Source: a virus
Reading direction: 5' to 3' (one strand)
IMG/VR virus record: IMGVR_UViG_3300034198_017445
Coordinates: 10,335-74,334 of that record
DNA length: 64,000 nucleotides
Shown: piece after piece, positions 38,816 to 47,768 of the stretch
Layout: the number at the start of each line of letters is the position of its first letter
Numbering within the stretch: the first letter of the stretch is position 1
The notes under the pieces: model-generated
The model's database searches: none
What the model was told of the DNA's origin: nothing
What the model saw: only the letters and a program-made list of their open reading frames with translations
Position numbers and translations under genes: made by a program

Positions 38816-40099
38816 ATGGACTGGGTTTCGCGAATTGTTGGTCACGAGAAGGTTGCTGCAGGTCAGTTGCTTGCCAATCCATTTAATCATCGGCAGCATC
38901 CCAAGGCTCAGCGGGATGTTGTTGCGGCATCGATCGAGGAGTTGGGGTTCGTCAAATCGGTCATCGTGAACCGAACGACCGGTCACATCGTCGACGGTCA
39001 CGAACGGGTGATGCAGGCGCTGGGTGTTGGCGAAGAGACGATGGTCGACGTGGAGTACGTCTCTCTGACCTTGGATGAAGAACGCAAGGCTTTGTTGATT
39101 CTTGATGCGTCGTCTGAGATGGCGAAGGTGGACGCGGATCTCTTGCGTGAGCTGGTCAATGTGACCGAGTTCAATCTCCCTGCCCTGGACGGGCTCATGC
39201 AGGACATGATGGCGTCGGCTGGCGTGAAGGTCACGATTCCCCCTGGCGACGACGATCTTCCGGAACCACCAGACGAGCCAATCGCGCGGCTGGGTGATCT
39301 TTGGATCCTCGGGGACCATCGGGTGATCTGTGGCGACTGTACGGACAGCGGCGTCGTTTCTCGGTTGCTCAACGGCGTTATGCCAGTGCTCATGGTGACC
39401 GATCCTCCGTATGGGGTCGAGTACGATCCATCGTGGCGAAACGAAGCGGGGCTGGGAAGTACCGAGCGTACTGGCGTGGTGCTCAACGACGATCGTGCGG
39501 ACTGGACGGAAGCGTGGCTTCTGTTCCCTGGTCCGGTGGCTTACGTTTGGCATGGTGCGCTTCATGCTTCGGAAGTGGAGCAGTCGCTGGTAAAGGCTTC
39601 ATTTGAAGTTCGCTCGCAGATTATTTGGGCGAAGCCGAGGGCGGCGATCAGTCGTGGCGCGTACCACTGGGGGCATGAACCGGCGCTCGTGGCTTCCCGT
39701 GGAGAGCAGTCGATCGAGCCAGATGAATCGACGGATCAAGACGGCGAGCACGGTTGGTACTGTGTGCGAAAAGGTGCCAAGGCGTACTGGTGCGGCGGTC
39801 GGAAGCAATCGACGGTCTGGAATATCGGATTCGCTGGCGAGGTGAAGTCTGAGCACGGTACGCAGAAACCGGTCGCGTGCATGGCGAGGCCGATGATGAA
39901 TCACGGGAGACCTGGGGATGTGGTCTACGATCCGTTCCTCGGGTCGGGCACATCGGTTATTGCAGCCATGCGGTCGAAGCGAGTATGCTATGGGTGCGAG
40001 CTGAATCCAGCATACGTCGATCTAATCGTGCGTCGCTGGCAAAACATCACGGGCCTGCAGGCTCAAGTGGTGCGTCAAACCGAAGAGGTTGAAGCGTGA
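38816..40099 (+). CDS. ParB-like domain fused to an N6/N4 DNA methyltransferase
   Basis: NPFNHRQH/IVDGHER; TDPPYG, HGTQKP, DPFLGSGT. Confidence 0.9.
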   Translation: MDWVSRIVGHEKVAAGQLLANPFNHRQHPKAQRDVVAASIEELGFVKSVIVNRTTGHIVDGHERVMQALGVGEETMVDVEYVSLTLDEERKALLILDASSEMAKVDADLLRELVNVTEFNLPALDGLMQDMMASAGVKVTIPPGDDDLPEPPDEPIARLGDLWILGDHRVICGDCTDSGVVSRLLNGVMPVLMVTDPPYGVEYDPSWRNEAGLGSTERTGVVLNDDRADWTEAWLLFPGPVAYVWHGALHASEVEQSLVKASFEVRSQIIWAKPRAAISRGAYHWGHEPALVASRGEQSIEPDESTDQDGEHGWYCVRKGAKAYWCGGRKQSTVWNIGFAGEVKSEHGTQKPVACMARPMMNHGRPGDVVYDPFLGSGTSVIAAMRSKRVCYGCELNPAYVDLIVRRWQNITGLQAQVVRQTEEVEA

Positions 40100-40647
40100 C
40101 GAAGCGCTCGAAAAAGCATAAACAAAAAGCCGGACTGTCACCTGCTCTAGAACATACGACGGGCGGAAATCGCGAACCGCTTGAGTCACGTAAGAGCCAG
40201 ATAGCGACAGGCGTTAAACCCCAAACTGAGGATGAGGCGTATCGGGCATTCTGGCCAGAGTTTGCTCCAGGCATGGAGAAAATAGCCGAGTCAACAGGGA
40301 GGGGTGGAGCGTATCAACGTATGTCGGATATGGCACTGGCAATCCGTGCCGTGTCCGACTCGTTTCCAGTTCCTCGGGCAGCGGTGGAGCGTTTGGTGTT
40401 CGATGTCATTCGGCAATCGACCGATCCTTCGCTTACCCTGGAACAGAGGCAGCGGTCGCAGAAACTGCTGTCTCGCATGATCGAACGGAACGCGGCACCG
40501 AAGGGGTTGCCCGACCAACTGCAAACCTTGCCTGGGCAAGTACTCTCTATTCAGCAGGTGCTCGACGTGATCGATGTGGACGATAACGATATCGACCTGC
40601 GGGACTTCAAACCGGCAATCGGATCCGATGAGGATTATGCCGAATGA
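40096..40647 (+). CDS. Putative terminase small subunit
   Basis: Coupled directly upstream of the large subunit. Confidence 0.5.
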   Translation: MTKRSKKHKQKAGLSPALEHTTGGNREPLESRKSQIATGVKPQTEDEAYRAFWPEFAPGMEKIAESTGRGGAYQRMSDMALAIRAVSDSFPVPRAAVERLVFDVIRQSTDPSLTLEQRQRSQKLLSRMIERNAAPKGLPDQLQTLPGQVLSIQQVLDVIDVDDNDIDLRDFKPAIGSDEDYAE

Positions 40648-42167
40648 CTGCGGTCGCTGGCTGGACGGATCAGTTCGGATCGGAAAGCGTACATTCGCAC
40701 GAGCGCCAAAGTAACGCAGCCAGGGAGTTGTATCTGGACGCACAGGCGATGCGTTCTCCGTTGTTGCTGGCTGAACGGTTTTCTCGTGGCGAGTGGAAGC
40801 GTGCGCGGCACTTGCAGTTCATCGACTGGGAATTCAGAAATCTGCTGAAGTCTCGGGATATCGACCTGCTGATCATCAAATGCCCTGTCCGTCACGGAAA
40901 GAGCCAGTATCTAGCGCGGTGGGCTCCTGCTTGGTACCTGCTCCGGAATCCGCACAAACGGGTCATGATCTGTACCGCGACGGCTTCGCTGGCATCGTCT
41001 CACTCGCGTTGGGTGCGGGACAAGTTCCATGAGTTGGCTTCGCTCATGCAAATGAAGGGCGTTGATCCTACGCATGCTTCTGTGAAGGACTGGGGTATCG
41101 ACATTCCTGGCGGGGGTGGTGCGTTGGCTGCAGGTGTCGGCACGTCCATCGTCGGCTTCGGCGCGAATTTGCTGATCATCGACGATTACCTGAAAGACGC
41201 AAAATCGGCGTTCTCTCCAAAGATCCGGGACGACCAATGGGACTGGTTTCTGTCGACCAGTTCGACGCGGTTGGAGCCTGGGGGGAAGTTAATTCTTCTC
41301 TGTACTGCTTGGCATTCGGACGATCTCATCGGTCGCATCTTGAAACACAGAAAAGAGCTAGATATGCGGGTGCGTTGCGTCACTCTGCAGGCGTTGCGTG
41401 ATTCGTCGTATGGCGTTCACGATCCTTTGTGTCGGCAGGATGGCGAGGCGCTTTGGCCTGAGAGATGGCCTGTCGAGGTCATGGAGCGTCGGAAGCGCCA
41501 GGCTGGTATGTGGTGGCACTCGATCTACCAGGGAACGCCAAAGGGGACGGGGCTTTCATCCTGGCCTGATGCGTACTTCTCGAATATTTGGGCGGATGAC
41601 GACGAGTGGCCTAGTCCGGAGGAAGGCGTTCTGTCGGCTTCATTCCTCGATCCATCGAAGGGGAAGAATTCGAAAGTCGGGGATTATTCCGCGATCGTGT
41701 CTGTGGTTTACGCAAAGGGTAAGCTGTGGGTGGATTCCTCGATCGATCGTCGATCCGTGCAGGTGATGGTTCGGGAGTGGATGGAGTTCAACCGGGCGCG
41801 TCGTATCGCTTTCCAGGGGGTCGAGGGTAATGCGTGGCAGGATTTGCTCGCTGAGGACTACGTCGAGGAGTGTTTGCGGCACGGGTATCAAATCGATCCT
41901 CCTGAATGCGTGATTCACACGACGAACAAAAACCTGCGGATCGAAAAGATCGGGAAGTGGTTGGACGGTCGGTTGCTTCGGTTTCGTCGGACGGCTTCGA
42001 ACGAGTTGCTCCTTGCCCAGATGCGGGAGTTTCCGTTCGGGCAATACGACGACGGTCCGGACGGTCTGGAGGCTGCGATCGCGCTGCTGTGTCGATCTGT
42101 CGATGCGTTGTCGGATGCTCACGACATCGAGGAGAGCGATGCGACGGTTGGTACCAGACCGCTATGA
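40644..42167 (+). CDS. terL: Terminase large subunit
   Basis: PVRHGKS, LLIIDD, TAWH..D, FLDPS..GDYSA, DDGPD. Confidence 0.92.
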   Translation: MTAVAGWTDQFGSESVHSHERQSNAARELYLDAQAMRSPLLLAERFSRGEWKRARHLQFIDWEFRNLLKSRDIDLLIIKCPVRHGKSQYLARWAPAWYLLRNPHKRVMICTATASLASSHSRWVRDKFHELASLMQMKGVDPTHASVKDWGIDIPGGGGALAAGVGTSIVGFGANLLIIDDYLKDAKSAFSPKIRDDQWDWFLSTSSTRLEPGGKLILLCTAWHSDDLIGRILKHRKELDMRVRCVTLQALRDSSYGVHDPLCRQDGEALWPERWPVEVMERRKRQAGMWWHSIYQGTPKGTGLSSWPDAYFSNIWADDDEWPSPEEGVLSASFLDPSKGKNSKVGDYSAIVSVVYAKGKLWVDSSIDRRSVQVMVREWMEFNRARRIAFQGVEGNAWQDLLAEDYVEECLRHGYQIDPPECVIHTTNKNLRIEKIGKWLDGRLLRFRRTASNELLLAQMREFPFGQYDDGPDGLEAAIALLCRSVDALSDAHDIEESDATVGTRPL

Positions 42168-42222
42168 TGTCGGCTGTGTGAGCAGTGGGGCGGGATAATT
42201 CTGTGAAAGAGGGGGGTGACCC

Positions 42223-42504
42223 ATGGACGAGGCTGCTATCAAGAATCGGATTTTGGAGCTGGCGAAACAATCGAACGCTTCGATCGCTTCGGGGTACATG
42301 GACGAGCTGATTTCCGTCTGGCGAAGGGGGTATTCAGACCGGATGCCTGGGTGGGTGGCTGATCTTTTGCCGGTAAAGACGCTGGAGAATCGTGTCTATC
42401 GCGACGGTCACTGGGAAGCGAGAGTGTTTCTGTCTGGGTTTTTGTGTCTCGGGCGAACGAAGATCGTCTACAAAAAAGATCGAAAAGGCGGGTCTGGAAA
42501 TTAA
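42223..42504 (+). CDS. Hypothetical protein
   Basis: GAGGGG RBS. Confidence 0.55.
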   Translation: MDEAAIKNRILELAKQSNASIASGYMDELISVWRRGYSDRMPGWVADLLPVKTLENRVYRDGHWEARVFLSGFLCLGRTKIVYKKDRKGGSGN

Positions 42505-42604
42505 ATCAGGAAATTGTCGATCGTTCGCGCCCTGATTCGGCGTGGATCCAGCCATGACTAACGTGGGGCAGTGGTTGCCCTGGTTTTTCCTGGAGGATTC
42601 GCAA

Positions 42605-43012
42605 ATGCTTAGTTCGACTTTTGTTCTTGGTGGTAAGGCTGTTTTCACGGTGTCCAATCCTTCCGGCGTGCGATACACGTATCGGGTGAAGGCGAGCAAG
42701 GGGCCAAATCCAAAGTTTTTTGCTCAACTCTTGGCTGGTCCTGACAACACCAGCGATTACGTCTATTTGGGCGTGGTTGATACCTTTTCCGGTTCGGTGC
42801 GGCTTACTGAAAAGTCGAGGATGACCGGGGATTCGCTTCCAGTGAAGGTTCTACGCTGGTCGCTTGGCAAGTGCTGGCAAGGCGGCGATCTTCCTGAAGG
42901 CTACTCGATCCATCATGAGGGTTGCTGTGGTCGCTGCGGTCGGGCGCTCACGGTTCCCGAGTCGGTAGAAAGTGGTTTCGGGCCTGAGTGCATCAAGCTG
43001 GTTGGTGGTTGA
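42605..43012 (+). CDS. DUF6011-like protein
   Basis: LAGPDNTSDY; CGRCGRALTVPESVESGFGPEC. Confidence 0.8.
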   Translation: MLSSTFVLGGKAVFTVSNPSGVRYTYRVKASKGPNPKFFAQLLAGPDNTSDYVYLGVVDTFSGSVRLTEKSRMTGDSLPVKVLRWSLGKCWQGGDLPEGYSIHHEGCCGRCGRALTVPESVESGFGPECIKLVGG

Positions 43013-43028
43013 GGTTTTCAAAAACCCT

Positions 43029-43069
43029 GGTTTTTCATTGGTCAAACGAAGTGTAAATTTTTACACTTC
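43029..43069 (+). promoter_or_regulatory. Palindromic operator-like element, copy 2
   Basis: GGTTTTTCA-N9-CGAAGTGTAAATTTTTACACTTC, inverted relative to 20406-20446. Confidence 0.65.
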
Positions 43070-43103
43070 CCTTCTGTCTCTGTGGTTGTGGAGGGTTTGT
43101 AAT

Positions 43104-43397
43104 ATGGGTGGTTGCAGCGTTGCTTGGTCTTTTGATGGGCGACTTTCGGAGCAGGAAGTTCGGACTGTGTTCGCGGATTTGCGACAGGCTGACCTGAAAG
43201 TGAACGGGTCGGATCCGTATTCCGGGACCGTGCATACGATTCCATCGCTCAAGTTCGTAGGGCAGGTGGCTGGCTCCTACGACGAGGCGTTCGATTTGGC
43301 GTTGGACCGCGCGGTGAAGTGGGAATATGCGATCGCTGTGAAGTATCCGAGGGACGGCAAGCTGTTCTGGTTGGTCGCTGGCTGGGCTGCGGAGTGA
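43104..43397 (+). CDS. Hypothetical protein
   Basis: GGAGG RBS. Confidence 0.6.
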   Translation: MGGCSVAWSFDGRLSEQEVRTVFADLRQADLKVNGSDPYSGTVHTIPSLKFVGQVAGSYDEAFDLALDRAVKWEYAIAVKYPRDGKLFWLVAGWAAE

Positions 43398-43450
43398 CGG
43401 GCTGGCTGGTTCGGTCGCTGAAAAGATTCCCCAGAAATGACCTTATTTTT

Positions 43451-43555
43451 GTATTTACGGTATTGACGCTAAGTGTTTGGTCGTTAAGATCAATGCATGC
43501 GGACGACGGGGTGTCGGCTGCGGGGTTCGAAGTGAAACGGGAGACGTTGAAAATG
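43451..43555 (+). promoter_or_regulatory. Sigma70-type promoter/leader module, copy 1
   Basis: TTGACG (43463)-N16-TAAGAT (43485); similar to 49404-49505. Confidence 0.75.
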
Positions 43556-44467
43556 ACTGCTGCAAAAAAAGAAGAATTGGCTCCAACGGTCTACCGCACA
43601 AGCGGCACGAAAAATCGAGCGATTGCTCAGTTTGTCACGATCGAAGCGGCAAACGCTTACGTTGCAGAATTGATTGCCGGAGGCCAATCAAACGAGTTTT
43701 TGATAAAGATGGCCGTTCGCAATCCAATCAAAAAGGCTTACACCAAGCGAGGTGTTTGGAGAGAAAGCGGAGTTCGGCAGGTTAATCGATAATGTTGCTG
43801 TACTGCGAACGGATGGAATGTCGCCTGGATAGGTGGGTTTCGAAACGCGGGGTGCGATATGGCAAGCGATATGGGTGCTCTCTCTGAAAAGTGCAAGCGA
43901 GCACTTCGGAGCCGAGCGTGGAAGATGACCACGAAAGAACGTCAGGCTTTGTTGAAGGCTGCGGACGAAGCGGCTGGCATTTGGATCGTGTTTCGCAAAG
44001 GGAAGGCGCTGAATCGGGCGTATGGCTTTGAGTGCCATCCTGTAGCGTTCTCGGTTCCAAATGGTCACATCATCATGGGTCGCGACGGAGTTGCGGTTCT
44101 GGAAAAAGTTTAGAAAGTCGCGCCCTGTAATCGGCTGGGCGTGGCCTGGGTATGTGCGGTGGTTGGTTTGGTTGGTTTCAAAACGGGAGATTCTGTGATG
44201 CGTGCTAATACTTTGGGTGAGTTGCTTGAGGCTGTTGAGGAGTTGATCGAGGCTCATGGTGCGGACGTCGAGGTTCGCATGGCGACGCAGCCAAACTATC
44301 CGTTCGAGTGGTCGATCGGTGGCGTGGTCGCTGTCGATCCGAGCGAATCGGACGAGGACGACGATGAAGGCTCGGATGCTCCCTCGGGAGATGGCGAGGT
44401 CATCGTCTACATCCTGGAGGGTTCCCAGCTCGGGTACGCTTCCAAGCGGCTGTGGGACGAGCAGTAG
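43553..44467 (+). other. Three small early CDSs (43553-43792, 43859-44113, 44198-44467)
   Basis: AACGGGAG precedes two of them; downstream of the sigma70-type promoter. Confidence 0.6.
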
Positions 44468-44548
44468 GCGTTGGTGTCAAGTTTGCAGTCGCGTCGCGTT
44501 GGCGCGGCTGCTGTGGGGGTTGGTTGGTTTCAAACGGGAGACGGTTCT

Positions 44549-45280
44549 ATGTCGGTTAAGAACAGGGCTGCGGTTGTGTTGTACGAGTCGATGGTCGCTT
44601 CGATCCACGACATGCTTGCTGATCTCAACGAGGCTGCGGGAAACTTTCCTGCTCCGGACGGAGATGTGATTCCGAACGGTGACTATGGCGATCTTGGCAA
44701 TGTCGCCGAGGTTCATCGGTTGCTTGGTGAGGCGATGGGGTTCATCAAGTCGTATCGACCGGTGGGGGCTGCGGCGCGTGGTGCTCCGTGCGACGACAAC
44801 GCGTATCTGTTCCGTGCGCCTGTCAACGCTGATAAGGGTCGCATGATTTGGGTGCGAGGCGATGAAAACTACGACTGGGTTCTTCGGGAGTTCGTTCGCG
44901 TCGATTGTGCTGGTCGGTTCGTTTGCGTCGACGCTGAGATTCGCACTGTGCGTGTCTTCTGGAACTGCGGTCTGATCTGGGATGGAACCATGCCTGTCGA
45001 GAAGGATGTCGTGTCGGAAGTGATGGATCGTGGTCCGTGCGACGACAACGATGCGGAGTTTCGAGTTCCGGTTGATTCGGACCGTGGTCGCATGGTCTGG
45101 GTCAAGGACGTTGGCTCGCGATGGTTCCGTCGCGAATTTATTTCTAAATCCGGAGGTAGGTTTTTGTGCAAGGAAAGCAGTGCTCCTTTGGGCTATGTTA
45201 GCTGGGATGTAGCAAATATCAGGGTCGATTCCAAGCCTGTCGAAAAGGCTGATCTTGGAACAATTCGCGTCATCACCTGA
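44549..45280 (+). CDS. Hypothetical protein with a tandem internal domain repeat
   Basis: Two copies of RG(A)PCDDN..FR.PV..D.GRM.WV. Confidence 0.65.
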   Translation: MSVKNRAAVVLYESMVASIHDMLADLNEAAGNFPAPDGDVIPNGDYGDLGNVAEVHRLLGEAMGFIKSYRPVGAAARGAPCDDNAYLFRAPVNADKGRMIWVRGDENYDWVLREFVRVDCAGRFVCVDAEIRTVRVFWNCGLIWDGTMPVEKDVVSEVMDRGPCDDNDAEFRVPVDSDRGRMVWVKDVGSRWFRREFISKSGGRFLCKESSAPLGYVSWDVANIRVDSKPVEKADLGTIRVIT

Positions 45281-45347
45281 GACGGTTCTCGGTTGGCGTC
45301 GGCTATGTAGGTGGTGTTCTTGTTTGTCTTTCAGTCGGGGGCGTGCC

Positions 45348-45965
45348 GTGAGTGCAAATCAAAAGTTATCGATGGATGAGGCGTGGGTGCTGATTTCGAA
45401 GTTGCTGCCAAACGCGATTGCAATGCATCCTTATGGCAGGGGGGCGACGGTTCATTTTCGAGATGGTTCGCCTACTCAGGTGTTGAACTGCTTGGTCGAC
45501 TGGAAGGCTGGAAACGGAAGTGTCGTGTCGTGGTATTCTCCTCACAATTGGCGTGGCGCGATCGCTTCCGATGTTCGAGGCGATAATCCTCCGATTTGCC
45601 GGTATCGTGGTTCCGTAAGTAGTCCGTGGGAGTACGGGTTTCTTCGGGGGTGTGATCCAGAGACTTCGCATCATTACTACTGCGGTGGTACGTTACGGTT
45701 GCATTGCGAAGTGATCGATGAGCCAAAACAGGAAGCGGTCGCCGATGCTACTGTTCGTGTTCCTGATTTACTGCATGGCTGGCGAGAACCTACATCGAGC
45801 GACGCTGGTCGAACCGTGTTCGTTCGTGATCATGCTGGGGTAAAGTGGACACACCGAGTGCTCGCTAGGGTTGAAGGAAAAAAAGTGTTTTGGTGCGAAC
45901 CGAACGACGGAGTTGGTGAGGTCGACTGGGCTCATGCTTTGATCGTCGATGACGTCGTGTTCTAG
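45348..45965 (+). CDS. Hypothetical protein with related repeat domains
   Basis: WR.....D.GR.V.VRD...W pattern; follows a promoter motif. Confidence 0.6.
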   Translation: MSANQKLSMDEAWVLISKLLPNAIAMHPYGRGATVHFRDGSPTQVLNCLVDWKAGNGSVVSWYSPHNWRGAIASDVRGDNPPICRYRGSVSSPWEYGFLRGCDPETSHHYYCGGTLRLHCEVIDEPKQEAVADATVRVPDLLHGWREPTSSDAGRTVFVRDHAGVKWTHRVLARVEGKKVFWCEPNDGVGEVDWAHALIVDDVVF

Positions 45966-46009
45966 TTTGCTGTGGTGTTGTGTTCGTGGTTCAAGCGGGA
46001 GATTGAAAG

Positions 46010-47758
46010 TTGAGCGTTAAAAACTGGGTCTATGGTGGTAAGGTTCCTACGCCACAAGAGGCTGTCGATGAGGCGATCTTCACGGCGCACAAGTATCGAA
46101 ACAAGCTGTGTGAGTTGGAGCTGGAAAAACGGAAGCGGCACTACGATTTGTTGCGTCGGCTTGCTCCTGAGTTTGTTGCTGCTGAGGAAACGGTCGCGAC
46201 GTTGGAGGCGGCGCTGGGTGCCTGTCGCGAAAAGATCCAAGCGGAACGGGTGAAGCAGCGGACGAAAACTCCGACTGGGTGCAAGACCTGGATTGCCGAA
46301 AGTGCGGACATCAAATCGCGGTTAAAAGATGCGCGTGCAGTCTTGAAGGCTGCGAAGCATGCGGCTTACGATGATCCTGCTGTCAAGGCTGCGATGGATG
46401 CGAACAGCGAGCAGCATAAATCCGAGTGTGCTCAAGCCAAGCAGGAGTCCGGGCTGTACTGGGGGACCGAAGCGGTGATCCGTGATTCGTGTCGATCGTT
46501 TGCGAGTGGTGCTCCACCGAAGTTTGCGCGGTATGAAGGGCGCGGTCAGTTGGCTGTCCAAGTCCAAGGCGGGATGGATTGTTCCAAGGCGATCGATGAG
46601 AACACGTTGGTCTACATCGTTGGCGAGGGTCGGAAGCGAACGGCAAAGGTTCGCATTGCTTCGGACGGTGGGCGACCGGTGTTCGCGGATCTACCGATCG
46701 TGTTCCATCGGGACTTGCCTGACGGCGCTATCAAGTGGGCGTTCCTGCAGAAGCGGATGCGTGCGAACAAACCGAAGTACAGCTTGCGTCTTGCGATCGA
46801 CGTTGCTGATCCTGTCGATGTGCAGGTTCCTCCGGGTGAGGTTGCGATTCACGTCGGCTGGCGAAAGCACGGGGACGGATTAAAGGTCGTGACTTGGCTC
46901 GGGAGCGACGGCGAGAAAGGTTCGCTCGTGCTTCCGGCTTCTCATTGCGAGGACTATCTCAAGCTGGACAAAATCAAGTCGGAGCGTGACATCGAATTCG
47001 GAAAGGCGATTGATCATTTGCGTGGGTGGCTGGAGTGTCGTGGCGATGTGCCTGAGTTCTTGGAGGAGGTTCGATCGCACTTGCATGCGTGGAAGTCTCA
47101 GAAGCGGTTGGCTGCTCTCGTGGTGGCTTGGCGCGATGCTCGCTTCGATCCGTGGGATATTGATATTTTCGAGTACCTGGAGGCGTGGCGAAAGAAGGAC
47201 AAGCATGCATGGCAGCACGATGCTCGGTTGCGGGAGCGAATCGCTGGTCGTCGCAAAACGATCTACCAGACGTTTCTGTGTGGTCTTGCTCGGAGGTACG
47301 GAGTGGCGATCGTTGCTCCGATCGATGCGAAGGAGTTGACCGAAAACAGCGAGCCAGAAGACTTGACGGCGGATCCAACGTTGCAGCATCGGCGTGCGAA
47401 GTGGGCTGCTGTATCGACGCTGATTCAGTACGCTCGCGAAAAATGGCCTGAACGCTGCATCGAAGTGGACGGTGCGAACATGAGTCGCCAGTGCATGCGG
47501 TGCGGTCACGTCAACGAACCGCAAGGCAAGCGGGTGCAGTGCCATGGTTGCGGTGCTACTTGGGATGTGGACATCAACGCGGCTACGGTTATGCTCGAAC
47601 GTGGTCAGGCTGCGGCGCGTGATGGTGCTCTTGATGCGTTGGTTGAAGCGAAGGAAAAGAAAGCCGAGGCTGCTCGCGAGAAACTTGCAAAGATGATACA
47701 GGCGCGGCGTGATGCTTCTGCTCGCAAGCGTGCTGAGATGGAGGGCAGCGAGGCTTAG
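46010..47758 (+). CDS. Cas12m (type V-M)/TnpB-like RNA-guided protein, RuvC probably inactive
   Basis: AHKYRNKLCELE, long coiled coil, GLYWGT, PPKFARYEGRGQLAVQVQGG; RuvC-I VAIHVGWR (His for Asp); no Glu at RuvC-II (IVAPID); Zn finger CMRC/CHGC; RuvC-III DVDINAA. Confidence 0.85.
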   Translation: MSVKNWVYGGKVPTPQEAVDEAIFTAHKYRNKLCELELEKRKRHYDLLRRLAPEFVAAEETVATLEAALGACREKIQAERVKQRTKTPTGCKTWIAESADIKSRLKDARAVLKAAKHAAYDDPAVKAAMDANSEQHKSECAQAKQESGLYWGTEAVIRDSCRSFASGAPPKFARYEGRGQLAVQVQGGMDCSKAIDENTLVYIVGEGRKRTAKVRIASDGGRPVFADLPIVFHRDLPDGAIKWAFLQKRMRANKPKYSLRLAIDVADPVDVQVPPGEVAIHVGWRKHGDGLKVVTWLGSDGEKGSLVLPASHCEDYLKLDKIKSERDIEFGKAIDHLRGWLECRGDVPEFLEEVRSHLHAWKSQKRLAALVVAWRDARFDPWDIDIFEYLEAWRKKDKHAWQHDARLRERIAGRRKTIYQTFLCGLARRYGVAIVAPIDAKELTENSEPEDLTADPTLQHRRAKWAAVSTLIQYAREKWPERCIEVDGANMSRQCMRCGHVNEPQGKRVQCHGCGATWDVDINAATVMLERGQAAARDGALDALVEAKEKKAEAAREKLAKMIQARRDASARKRAEMEGSEA

Positions 47759-47768
47759 GGTATGGTTC

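Noticed and set aside
46010-47758. IS200/IS605 transposon TnpB
   Set aside because: No transposase or IS ends seen; the protein is long (582 aa), has Cas12m-type motifs, and is followed by an array rather than a single omegaRNA
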